Of a stretch of 64,000 nt of DNA, positions 10,301-21,200 are shown piece after piece. This stretch comes from Strigamia acuminata (taxonomy: Eukaryota). Location of the stretch: assembly GCA_949358305.1 (NCBI GenBank), contig OX442314.1, positions 32,736,001 to 32,800,000 of the forward strand, given 5' to 3'. The position numbers and the translations under genes are program-made. How positions within the stretch are numbered: the stretch's first letter is position 1; each line of letters starts with the position of its first letter. Under the pieces are notes generated by a model that saw only the letters and a list, made by a program, of their open reading frames with translations, ran no database searches and was not told where the DNA came from.

Positions 10301-11611
10301 ATGTATTTCTGGCCTAGAATGAGCAAAGACACTCGAAACTACGTTCGCAGTTGCACTCATTGCCAACAATACAAACCTAGTCAACACCAAAAGCATCGGG
10401 CAAGCTATACACCTCACAACATGACCAACCCGTGGGAGACTGTAAGCATTGACCTGATGGGACCAAAACCAGCCGGTCGTTCACAATTAAAATGGATTTT
10501 AGTAATCATTGATAATTGTACAAAATGGATTGAAGTCTTCCCACTAGCGACTGCATCAAGTGAATGCATCGTTAATAAAATGAGCGAAGTTTTCCACCGT
10601 TGGGGATATCCAAAAAAGATAATCTCCGACAACGGCAAACAATTCGTGTCAACAATATTTAATGATTTTTGTCGAAAAAATCACGTAGATATTGCTCACA
10701 TTAGCCCATATCACGCTGCCGCTAATATTACAGAGCGGGCTAACAGGACTTTAAAAATGATGTTAGCTTTATACTCGGACATTCACTCTCACTGGCCAAA
10801 ATATTTAAATTCTTTTGCCTTTGCGATGCGCACCGCTAAGTCCGAGGCAACAAATTGTTCTCCGATGATTCTTAATACAGGAAGAATCGTTCCTTTGCCA
10901 TTTGACCCGCGTATTACTAAACACGCCATCAAATTCGACAAAGAGAATCCCGAAGCCTACGTCTACAGCATTTTAGACGTAATTAGACGTGCACACAGCG
11001 AAATGCATCGGAAAATTCAATCGAATTACGAAAAGCATGATCGACTACATAAAGACAAATATTATATTTGTCAATTTGCCAAAGGAGATCTCGTGTGGAA
11101 AGCCACACATATTTTATCAAATAAAGATAAAGGGATTTCGGCAGGATTCGCTGAGAAACGTGATGGACCTTGGGAAATTACGGCTGTTCTTGGCGGAGGT
11201 TCCTACACACTACGTAAGCTTTCTGATAACACGAAAGCAAAAGCGATCAACATACAGGATTTAATGCCTTATATCCCAAGTTACCCAATTGAGGAATGGA
11301 CATTAGATCAGAAAGTCGGTACCAACGAATCACACCCGACTCCAGATTGGATGGCAGGTCAGGTTATTAATTCTTCAGAATTAATAAATGAACCTGTGTC
11401 CATGGAAACAGAGGATTTAGTTGAAGAGAAAGAGGAGGAAACTTCTCAGATTTCTTCTAAAGAGGACGAAACTCCTCAAAATTCATCCAAAAAGAGGAAA
11501 AGATTTCCATCTCCCGTTCGACAGTCTAAACGTAGACCCAAGCCGAACACAAAATACGTGACCGATTTTGTACAACTCGTAAATTGTCTAAAACAAGTCA
11601 AGTTGGGTTAG
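7331..11611 (+). CDS. pol: Pol polyprotein of inner element (PR-RT-RNaseH-IN), expected as Gag-Pol frameshift product
   Basis: ALMDSGA protease; LCIDYR, LPFGL, YLDD reverse transcriptase; TDAS RNase H; HGHPLTGH...CTHC; DLMGP, SDNG, ERANR integrase; RDGPW tail motif. Confidence 0.97.
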   Translation: MIQGVVQVAQPPLKELFPFSELSNDLFLRKDEFKLRHKPSHLTVPYVDDSKNKPPSLVISYEAVPVCRKTSSSTGGVDENLKVMTDQLENLSIFSGSWNAPKKPLVPKVFKLRKLLKLEKWNKKERKVLLGKLCNSKLINGGKDDPRMNVQIGGLDYNALMDSGATQCFIGVQLLSNTEIPVEFIQECPRGMRVCAVGIDHRPIGQVCLCVKWADKRRVTPMTFIILHKNVCGLILGHNFMRRTGINPNPRRAVFTCDDMPGWTAPYETTELNCCLASIKTLGLQGEGTPTSPDWAEKLVEGCNSSAEEKQLLVNVLVQLKNVFRDQLGCTKVAKHSIKFKPGATWKHQPYRMYNPAKKAIMTELVEELEADGLIEPATGPYISHPVIVAKPGGKYRLCIDYRWLNAITEVDAIQMPSIDLLIHHTNQAKYFTSIDLTKGYHQMEMEEEDKSKTAFYTPKGKFQFKRLPFGLCNAPSSFQHLMTTVLGDSLYKHALVYLDDIIIFSDTWENHLLHIKDVLEKLDAANLTINKDKSKFGRTSLRFLGHLISEGSLLPDPDKVSAVRNFPKPTCSKDIQRFVGLANFFRKFIPNIANIARPLTNIMHDQAKFVWDDPQTTAFETIKDILCDKDQALLHMPDMNKPFVILTDASHSGLGAVLCQDVELFCEKKQKLIMVPKAVAYASRVLHGAEVRYSTPELECLAVVWAIERFRPYIEYTTFTLESDAKALSWLMSTPEPSGRFGRWAVKIQCGAFKIIFRRGAMNQVADALSRAPLSALDTPDYDYIEPEEITHFYPTWNGNRCASLQVTETERKHFLTNVGLSLDFFSESYNPVRFHDSGEKGEEEGCTRENCRHIDVHNCNHENVHTALTDILKVVPPTRDEIIEAQLKDPACSKILVYLKGDEKLKNRITDKHWLNAIRGYTLDEPEENKGVMLIYFAPTDEEELNDSGNGFKAVIPRSLVRRALFACHGHPLTGHAGMSKTLDRAKQMYFWPRMSKDTRNYVRSCTHCQQYKPSQHQKHRASYTPHNMTNPWETVSIDLMGPKPAGRSQLKWILVIIDNCTKWIEVFPLATASSECIVNKMSEVFHRWGYPKKIISDNGKQFVSTIFNDFCRKNHVDIAHISPYHAAANITERANRTLKMMLALYSDIHSHWPKYLNSFAFAMRTAKSEATNCSPMILNTGRIVPLPFDPRITKHAIKFDKENPEAYVYSILDVIRRAHSEMHRKIQSNYEKHDRLHKDKYYICQFAKGDLVWKATHILSNKDKGISAGFAEKRDGPWEITAVLGGGSYTLRKLSDNTKAKAINIQDLMPYIPSYPIEEWTLDQKVGTNESHPTPDWMAGQVINSSELINEPVSMETEDLVEEKEEETSQISSKEDETPQNSSKKRKRFPSPVRQSKRRPKPNTKYVTDFVQLVNCLKQVKLG

Positions 11612-12161
11612 GACACAATATATTGAAAATATTTTATTTTAAATAAATATTTCCAATCATATTCACGAAGAATTGTTAAATTTTATTAATTAAAAACATT
11701 TTTTTTTGATGTGGATAAAATTTAACAAATGTTTGAGTTATTTTTTACACAAGCTGATTGTATTCAAATTAATCTACGTGTAAACATTTACTTGAAACTA
11801 TGTTTCCCCCTTTGGGTTAATAGAAACTTCGAGATGAGTAATTACAAACCAATCAAATTACTCCTCGAAACTCCCCTTAACCCCTGGTTTGAGATTATCA
11901 CTCACTTGTTCGCCAAGTTTTGTACTGGACTGAAATCAAGGATTATTCTCGACCCTTCGACGCTTTAACGGATTTTCGCTGAAATTTATTCAAATTCAGA
12001 AATTATCGACACGACGCTGATTATCGAAACCATCTCGTGGACAAAATCGCGAGTAAGCCTTTCACGAACTCACTAAGTGAATTCCCGGTAAATATTTAAG
12101 CAATATTTTGTCAAAATTTATAATATTTTGACATTAATTGACAACATTTATTTTGGTTAAG

Positions 12162-12305
12162 CGTTCATTACGGCGGACTTAGAATTCGCACGCGCCGCAC
12201 AACGTTTTTATCGGCCAACATCGCCGGAACCGAGCAGCCCTCGCAAATACGTGAAGCTAGACATTAAACTAGCCAAGTATACCCTTCTAGGACTACACCT
12301 AGTTA
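12162..12305 (+). other. Candidate coding exon upstream of inner ORF3
   Basis: GC-richer 144-nt block between AG (12160-12161) and GTAAGT (12306); open frame FITADLEF...LLGLHLV is phase-compatible with the acceptor ending at 12842. Confidence 0.35.
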
Positions 12306-12847
12306 GTAAGTGTTTATTTTTTGAAAGATAAAATATCTCTTAAGTTCCTTGGAAATTGGTGAGCAGACATGGGTTAACAAGTCACGTGTATGATAGGGGC
12401 AAACGCCACCAGATGTCGGTAGTAAATTATTTACTCGGACGAATTGTGGAATTATTCGTACAATTAAAACCATGTAAAATGACTATTGTCGGATGCTAAA
12501 AAACACTTACAAAAATATTTTTTTTTTAAATATTTTTATATGTTTTTTAGTTATTATGTCGTGTAGATACAAAAATTAGGTTTATTTCATTAAATAAACA
12601 CTAATTTGAATATTTTATCAGCGATATTGTGTTAAACGATAAAATGAAATTATATGCCAAGTCGAGAATAATTATTAATCTTAATAATTATTCGACAAAT
12701 GGAGGAAACACGCTAACAAGGGAACTTAAGAATTAATTATGAAATTAATCCAGTTGTTGGTCGACAATTAATTTAATTTGAAATTAAATTAATTTCCGAC
12801 GGTTGATTCATGTTCTCAAATAAAATTTATATTTTCTTGAAGATGCA

Positions 12848-14503
12848 ATGAGTCGCCGAGGTCGTGCTAGCAAGCGACAGTACGTGCATTGGGATCCAGA
12901 AGAATCGGAAGAGACGGATTATCGCTTTGTTAATCCCTCCTCTGACCCCGAGCTCGTCGCCAACTGGGCCCGTGATAACCCGGATCTCGTACCGCCACGA
13001 ATTAGGACCGCCATGGGTGTTAGCCCGACCGACTCGCGTCCTTCCAGAGGCCGTCAAGCTAGTCAGCGTGTTGTAACCTATGATGCGCCGAATTGGGATT
13101 TTTCTGACGACTCGTCACAATACTCCCGTTCTGCCTCGAGGAGACGGCGTCAAGATGACTTCTCACAAGAAGAAGAATCGGTTGAAGAAGCTCCGCCTCC
13201 AGCTACCAGCAGGCAGTTTGCCCGACCACGAAATCCGCGTGATACCGCTAGTCGAGGCAAGACTGGCAAATCCAAAGGACCCACCAAGTCCACGTTGGCA
13301 TCTTCATCCGAAGCGCTGACCCGCCCAACATCGCAGGCTCGCTCGATATCGGAGCTAAATTTGCCAAGTTACCGGAAGCAGCGAAGAGAACACGTATTTC
13401 GAGATATGGAAGCTGCCGCCTTGGGGACTAACATCATGCCAAAGTCGAAGCTGATGTTCTGCCCATTGTGCGCAGGATGCGGATGGTTGTCGTCCTTGTT
13501 ATCCGGCATTCACGCCGTAGTCTGCGTGAACTGTCACGGTGGTAAACGCGTTGCCATATCCAGCATGTGGAATGAAGAAATTCTTCCATTTATCGTCAAG
13601 GGGCTAAGTACGCCGACAGCACGCAATTGGGCGATGTGTCGCGAATGTGGCCTCATCCACCAGGGCCCGGAGCAGGCTATTTATGTAGACCCGGCACAAA
13701 TGTCCAGCACCTCGACTCCACGAGGAGGATTTACGGAGCCACAACGCGAGCCGGAAACTCCCACCCCTGCGATTGATGGAACTCCGGTTGTCTCGGCGGA
13801 AAACCTCCCAACGAACGAACCAACGTCAGTTACTGCGTCTGATTCTCCGCCGGTTGCAGCCGATTCTGGTCCGCAAGCCGCCGCTTCTCCAGAGGGAACT
13901 TCGGCTAACAACATGATCGTAGCGACTATTCCGCTCCCCGAAGTAAACAACGCTGCTGAACCGGTTATTTTACTGGTCCACCCATATATGCCGAGACCAG
14001 ACATGTCACTCACGGAACAAACGAAGGCAGAAGTGGAACATTATTTCCCAATTTTATTGGAAGCAGCTAAACGTATTAGTGTGTCGATTTCAAACGACCG
14101 AATTCCAGATTTGAGCGTGCCACTGGCCGTGATCCAATGGATTTTTCATCCATCCCGGCCGGAATCTTTTCAAACTCGCTCTTTTATTTGGTGTAAGATT
14201 TTACAGCAGGTCTCAGCAGCAGCACACCCGTTGATTCGTGAGGGATGGCACTCTGGCTTACCCGACCATCACTTGGTTTTCTCCGAGCCAACCAGCGCTA
14301 ACACCATTCCGTTAGGAGGGCCTGATCCCCTGGAAGTATTCACCGAAGAACAACACAGAATGCTCCTAAATCCACTGATCCATGACGTTGAGCCAGATGT
14401 AGTACCGGAATTGGTAGCTATTCAACTTAATTCTCCACCCGCAGCCGTCTCGGAAGTTGTTACATCCATGGAAGGATTTATTGAGGATGAAGAGTTGGAC
14501 TAG
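12848..14503 (+). CDS. Accessory ORF3 of inner element, 551 aa, unknown function, Cys-rich zinc-finger-like segment
   Basis: Intact ATG-to-stop ORF between pol and 3' LTR; R/S-rich N-terminus; CPLCAGCG, CVNCHGGK and CRECGLIH motifs; no evident signal peptide or TM helix. Confidence 0.85.
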   Translation: MSRRGRASKRQYVHWDPEESEETDYRFVNPSSDPELVANWARDNPDLVPPRIRTAMGVSPTDSRPSRGRQASQRVVTYDAPNWDFSDDSSQYSRSASRRRRQDDFSQEEESVEEAPPPATSRQFARPRNPRDTASRGKTGKSKGPTKSTLASSSEALTRPTSQARSISELNLPSYRKQRREHVFRDMEAAALGTNIMPKSKLMFCPLCAGCGWLSSLLSGIHAVVCVNCHGGKRVAISSMWNEEILPFIVKGLSTPTARNWAMCRECGLIHQGPEQAIYVDPAQMSSTSTPRGGFTEPQREPETPTPAIDGTPVVSAENLPTNEPTSVTASDSPPVAADSGPQAAASPEGTSANNMIVATIPLPEVNNAAEPVILLVHPYMPRPDMSLTEQTKAEVEHYFPILLEAAKRISVSISNDRIPDLSVPLAVIQWIFHPSRPESFQTRSFIWCKILQQVSAAAHPLIREGWHSGLPDHHLVFSEPTSANTIPLGGPDPLEVFTEEQHRMLLNPLIHDVEPDVVPELVAIQLNSPPAAVSEVVTSMEGFIEDEELD

Positions 14504-15149
14504 AAAAGCGTCAACGATGTCGAGATCCGTTACTTTCCCGATATCTTCCCCTTTTAGGCAAGACCAGAAGTAACGAGTCCATTTTCTCCATCTCCATTGC
14601 TTGACCCGAGATGAAACAAAATTTAGTCAGGTTCAGGTGTATTTTATGCCGTTTTTGTGAATAATTCAAAGATCTTTAATATTTAAATTAACAATTTTGT
14701 TAAAATTTGATTACGAGTCAATGTGAGTTTGTTTAAATGAATACTAATTTTAATACTTGAATTTTAACGTGTAAAGTGTTATTTTGCAAATCATTATATT
14801 TCCAGTGAGAAGTTAAGTTTTGTGAAAATAATTGTTAAATTTTATTAATCATTTGTTTGGTACAAGAGTTTGATGTTAGTTTAAGTTATCGCCTTTTCTT
14901 GATGCAGTTGTAAGTCCACCTGTAAAGAGAGATGGAAGTTATTATTGATAATTGAAAGTTTTATAACCTTAATAAATATTTTTTGAAGCATTTGATTAAG
15001 AAATACTCTTTATTTATACTATTAAGATATAAAATAAAGGTTTTTGCTTACCAAGGATTACAGCTCGAGTCCCCTAGATGACAGTGTGGTCTTGATCCTC
15101 AAGATATTCGGAATAAATAGTATGTTAATACAGGTATTAACATATATTT

Positions 15150-15159
15150 AAGGGGGACT
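15150..15159 (+). promoter_or_regulatory. Polypurine tract (inner)
   Basis: AAGGGGGACT immediately before the 3' LTR. Confidence 0.8.
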
Positions 15160-16749
15160 TGTGACGGTTACACTGTCATGCACTTTGTTAGTATAGGACG
15201 ATTACTTCACCAATAGATGGCGCTGATGCGTTTTAGCGGTAAATTCAAATTTCGACAATTTTTGAGTGAATAAAATATAAATTACTATTTATATTTTATT
15301 CCACTGCAACTTTAGACACTTTTAAATACTTTTGGATGTTTAAAAACTAGTTGATTTATTTGTCACATAATTCTATTGAATTATGTGCAAACTCTACACC
15401 TGGTGAAGTCACCCCCCATCACCCACTGTGAGTTGGACTCCTTTTGGATTATAGTCAAAGGGACTTAATCCAAAATGTGTCCTGCGTATCCAGTTCCTGT
15501 AGTGGACCTAGTAGAAGACTATGTCCTGAGTATCCACTTCCTATGATCTGGGATTGGATGGATTTGACTGCCCAGTGATCCCATTGGATCACTGAACAGC
15601 TATTCTCCTCACCGAGTATATATCCCCCTGCAAAACGGATATAGCTCGCTCTTGTTCTGTTTTTGTTTGATACTGATATTACTTGAGCACATATTATACT
15701 TCTCTGCGTTCCGACAATCCGTTGTAGAAATACTTTGTATTTAGTGTAAGTATCTAGAGTGGGTAGAAGACTCACAGACACACTGCCCGCCTCTTCATGC
15801 CAACATTCCGTTGTAGAAATGTTGTAACTAGAGTGAGTAATTCACAGACACATTTAAGTGTAGTATCTAGAGTGGGGTACAACCCACAGACGCACTCCCT
15901 CCAGCTTCATGCCAACATTCCGTTGTAGAGTGCAGAATCTAGAGTGGAGTAAAATTCACAGACGCATTGGTAATGTAGAATCTAGAGTGGAGTATTTATA
16001 TTTCACAGACGCATTATCAGAGTAATCGACGCGGAGTAATTTCCCGGTTACTCTCCCGCCAGCCAGGACCGAGTGGAGTAATTTCCCGGCGATGGATAAC
16101 CTTTCCTGCGAGATATTTCGATTCAATTCGTTATTGGTTTGACGGAACATTTAAGTCTAACTTAGATGTTGATTGCACTCGGGGCAAAAAATAGCTCGGC
16201 GCTATTTTAATATATTTTACTTATTTTCATAGTTTTAGTTAAGTTTGTGACTCTAAAATATCATGATTAATTCCATAGAATTAATATGAATATTTATTCT
16301 CACATTGTTACATCTCGCGGTAATTATTGATTACAACAATTATCTGCGATGCGATGTGTGTGACGATACAGAAAAGTCAACCGCACCTCTCGGATATAAC
16401 CCACCCAGCCTAACCATTTACACGCCTTTTAGAACCAAACCCCGGACCATTTAGAAGCCAAAGCCATTCATAGATGACATCTTTTACGTCACAGCAATAA
16501 GACCGTTACAAATTCTTATTGCATGACTGAAGCCTTCAAATGATATTATTTCAGGGCTTTTGCCAAACAACTGTATAGTTTAACTTCTCGTCATTTTAGC
16601 CACTTGTAGGCATAGTATTTATATAAGGTTCAAACCGGAATAAATGTTATATGTTTTGAGAAAACATCAGGTTTGCATATTTTACATTTTCACACGGATA
16701 GTTCACACTTTAGTTTAGCAATTGCTATCTCCAGAAGGTAATCGTCACA
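15160..16749 (+). repeat. 3' LTR of inner element
   Basis: Direct repeat of 2817-4406 at offset 12343; followed by TSD AATG. Confidence 0.97.
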
Positions 16750-16753
16750 AATG

Positions 16754-18210
16754 GAACAGCCATAAACGGAATTTTCCCCCCCGGAACACAACTGACCGAG
16801 TCGCAGCCAAACTCGACAACACCGACCTTGACCGACCCGAACTCAACCAACGGTAATTTCCAACGATTTGCGCCCCAAAATGGAGCTACGTCCCCGAACT
16901 GTGGGAATCAATACCAAGCCGATCCCATAATGGAAGCTAGATTGAGAGCACTCGAGGAACGAGCACGCGCCGACTCCCAGGTCAACCAAAATCGAAATCT
17001 GAGAAATCGCCCAAGACAAAACGAGAGCCTTCTTCGAAAATATTCCGCCGATCAATGGGCCTTAGAACAAAAGGACCGAAACATAAAATGGTCACAGTTG
17101 CGACTGATGAGATTCGACGGAACCTGGAGGGCCGGCAATAACTTCTTAGACGAAGTGGCACTCACCATTTCACGACTCGGAGCCGAACCCGACGAGATGG
17201 TAACAAAAGGGCTACCCGAAATGTTAATAGGGGAAGCCAGAGCCTGGTATGTGGAAGCAAAATTAAAAACTTGGGAACAGTTTGTCGTCGCTTTCAACAG
17301 TCAGTACGGCGAGACCCAAAAAGAAATTAGACAGAGAGTCAGTCTCATGCTACAAGCCGCAGGAGAAGAATTACGAGCCTATTTCCGACGAGCGAAAAGT
17401 TTGTTCAACGAGTTGGATACGCCACTCGACGAATATGCGCAAAACGTGATTTTCGAAAAGGGGTTAAACGACACCTCAAAGAAAGTACTGAGAGATATGA
17501 ACGCTCCCACAGCAGATAGTTTCGAACAGCTGCTAAAATTTGTAAATGACTATCACGAAGAAGTAGACGATCGTTATACGGAAGCCCTGACGCCCGAACA
17601 GAGGACACAAACGCAACTCCGCATACAGCGTATCCATGCGAAAAATCATGACGCAGGGAGACTGATCCAGTCGCGTAGCTTCCTGAACGGGGAAATCGAG
17701 GCCGCACCTCCGAAAAAGGCGAACGATAAAGCCACCTCGAACCCGATACCGGCTCCAAAAGCTTACAAAGCCAGTACAAACTCCGACGCAACTAATCTCG
17801 AAGAAGGGAGGGAAAGTGAAGACAATAACTCCGAGCAAAACTCAGGAGGGGATACCAGCGATAGCCAACAAGAAGAAGAGACTCTCCACGCTAACATGGG
17901 GAAAGAAATCGCCCCCAGCTACCGACCCCGAATGAAGACCGCGAATAAAACGGAGCACCACAACCCAAAAAGCGAAAAACCCTACGAAAAAAAAGAGTTC
18001 GTGAGACGACCGTACCCGAAAACAGATAACTCCACCACAAAACCTTGTAATTACTGTAACGAGGTGGGACACTGGAGAAGAGATTGCCCAAAACGAAAGA
18101 AGAGGAAGGAAGAGAAGGAAGCCGCCAAAAACGACGCATTGTTAGAAAAGCTAACAGCCAAATTCGAAGAACTGACAAAAAACTGGTTAAAGCAGACAGA
18201 GAAAAAATAA
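16754..18210 (+). pseudogene. gag: C-terminal part of outer gag (capsid-like region and CCHC)
   Basis: LMRFDGT...LIGEARAWY...TWEQFVVAF; knuckle CNYCNEVGHWRRDC; same frame as 1733-2816 after removing the insert (reconstructed 846 aa). Confidence 0.92.
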
Positions 18211-18223
18211 TAAATCTGTCTGC
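18177..18223 (+). promoter_or_regulatory. -1 ribosomal frameshift signal (outer)
   Basis: A AAA AAC at 18177-18183 in gag frame; 9-bp stem GCAGACAGA (18192-18200) / TCTGTCTGC (18215-18223); pol is in the -1 frame. Confidence 0.85.
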
Positions 18224-21200
18224 ACGCCCGGAAGACCAAACCCCAAAATTTACCAAGAATACGACAATTAACCAGGCAATTAACGAAGTAATTACGGAAG
18301 AAGTAGCCAAATTAAAACTCAAATTAAAAGAGAAAAAATCGAAAGAAATTGAAACAAATAATAAAGAAATTAGCGACTCAAGTTCGGAAGACGAATTAAA
18401 AGCCAAATGGATAAACACCAATTGGTTAGAAAAACAAATAAAAGAATTACAGAAAAAGGTCGTTTATTTCACTACGGCTTACTTCACCACAGAAAAACGC
18501 GAATATAGTGGCCCAACCACTAATACGGCGGACGGCGAAAAAATAGCCGAAACATTCCAAGAATTACCTCACGCCTACGAGGAGGCCCCACCTCGAAAGA
18601 AACGCATTTTACATTGTAATTTGGTTAAAGAGCGGAAGGACTCACTCGCAATGTTAACAATCAAGTTTAACGACAAAAAATTCATCGGTTTGTTGGATTC
18701 GGGAGCCGACCGGTCCTTTATCTCTTCAGATCTATACGAGTCGTTGGACAAAAAACAACGCGACAAACTACGGGGAATAAGCGAAAATGTGGCCGTAAAA
18801 ACCGCTGCTGGAGAAGTGCGTCCAGTAGGGGTACTGACAACAAAAGTCATATGGGAGGGAGGCGTAATAACCCACCCTTTCATCGTTTTACCAACCTACG
18901 ACACGGTCCTACTCTTGGGTATGGACATCATGGCCATAATGGAGATCCAGCCCAACCCCATAACGAGGTCCTGGAACTATATCGATAAACGCGAGGACCC
19001 CCGACTAATGACAGTACCTACCGAACTCCTAGATTCAAACGACGAAGAGGACGAATGGAAAGGCGGAAATTTGAAGCAATTCGTACAAGATTACGATTTC
19101 AAATCTTTTAACGCCCGACTCCAAGAAGGAAATTTGGCTCACAATTTGGCCATGGACGCGAACCTAGGAGAAACCCAGACTAAATTACTTGAAGAAATGC
19201 TACAAAAACATCGAAAAATCCTGACTAAAGAACCGGGAAAGACAAATTACGTAAAACACGAAATAGAATTAAGTACGGATAAGCCAGTACGAGTTCCATT
19301 CAAGGGCATGAACCCCCAAAAACGCGAAATCGTCAAGACGATCTGTCAAGACTTACTGGACAAGGGGATAGTGTCCGAGGCATTAGGAGAATATGCGATG
19401 AGAATTGTGCTCGTCATGCGTGCAGGATCGGAACCCAGACTGTGTATCGATTATCGACCTCTAAACGCCATTACCGTTATCGACCCCGTCCAGATGCCAT
19501 CAATCGAAGCTATTCTTCGAGAACTAGCCCCATTTAATTGGGTAACAACGATGGATCTGTCGAAAGGATATTGGCAGGTCGAACTCCGTGCCGAAGACAA
19601 AGAAAAAACCGCTTTCTGGTCCCCGATGGGCAGATTAATGTTTAATGTCATGCCATTTGGCCTAGTAAATGCCCCGGCAACATTTCAACGATTAATCGAG
19701 AAGGTTTTGGGCGACGCGCTACATAAATACGCCTGGGCTTACCTGGACGATATTATTATTGTTTCCCAGACTTTTGACGAACACATCAGACATATCGACG
19801 AAGTAATACGTCGTTTAGCAAAAGCCGGACTCCACATACACCCCGGAAAGAGCCAGTTTTGCCGAAAAGAACTTGCGTTTCTTGGATACAAAGTTGGAGT
19901 CAATGGCTTATCCATAGACCCAAAGAAAGTACGAGCAATCACCGATTTTCCAGCACCTACGGACGTGAAAGGGGTACAACGTTTTTTAGGAATGGTAAAT
20001 TTCTTCGGCCGACTCCTGCCACATTTAGCGGAAGTCGCGGCCCCAATCACCGATCTTTTAAAGACTGTCCAGAAAATAAATCCAAAGGAGGACCCGCCGA
20101 AAGACCCCGAAATCAAATTTAACTGGACCAGCCATTGCGAAGCAGCGTTTGACAAAATCAAACAAATGCTAATCGACACCAAAACCATCCCTCTCCCCGA
20201 CTTGAATCGCGAATTTATCTTACATACGGATGCGAGTAAAATCGGATTGGGGGCTGCGTTGATGCAAATGCACGAAATCGACGGCATACATCAAGAAGTA
20301 CCTACGATCTTTATCAGCCGGAAAATTCAAGCCGCCGAGAAAAATTACTCAGCGACAGAGCTCGAATGCTTGGCAATCGTATGGGCAGTTCGTAAATTCA
20401 GGCCTTACCTCGAGTTTACAAAATTTACCGTCCAGACCGACCATCAGGCATTAAGGTGGTTCATGGGCCTGAAAGAACCTTCGGGCCGGATGGCTCGATG
20501 GCAATTAGAGCTCATGGCTTACGACTTACAAATCGAGTACAAGCCAGGGAAGTATAACACAGTCGCCGACGCGCTCTCTAGAGCTCCCGCCTCAGAACCC
20601 GACGAGCCAGACGACGACGGCGACGACGATTCTCGGATAGCTTACTGTCCCACCCCGATCAGGAAGTGGGAATTCAGAAAACAGAATGAACTGCCGAAAG
20701 AAAAGTTGGAATCTTCCGATGAAAAATACGTCGGATATTGGATGAGGGCATATCAATCGGCAAAAGATGCCAGACCAAATTACGACTTATCCATCGAACC
20801 CAGAGTCTCGGATAAATTTGTGCGAGCTTTCGTTACACACGTGAGTAAAGGCACGAACTGTGTCCCACCTACTCGCGAGGAACTCGTCGAAGCTCAGAAG
20901 AACGACACCGCCTTCTGTAAAAGGTTCTATGACTACTTGACCAACGAGACTTTCCCTGGCGACGTCTACAGCGAAGAATCCAGAGAAGAGTTCAAAATTA
21001 AAGCTTCCGCTTATCTGATAGACGATGGCCTACTTTTAAAGTACCATCCGAACTTTCGGGACGACTTGACAGAGTCAGGGAGTTCAATTAAAGTCGTAAT
21101 TCCGAGAAAAGTTCGAACACAAATTCTGTGGATGGTACACGGCCACCCTCTAGCCGGACACGCCGGCGTGGCAAGGACTCTCTACCGGGCCAGTCAACTG

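Larger units (their letters stand above)
2817..16749 (+). mobile_element. Inner, apparently intact Ty3/Gypsy LTR retrotransposon (13,933 bp)
   Basis: LTRs 2817-4406 and 15160-16749, TSD AATG at 2813-2816 and 16750-16753, PBS, PPT, uninterrupted gag, pol and third ORF. Confidence 0.97.

Noticed and set aside
11280..11611. Chromodomain or other appended domain at integrase C-termini (also 22170-22511)
   Set aside because: Only acidic low-complexity sequence followed by a basic RQSxR tail
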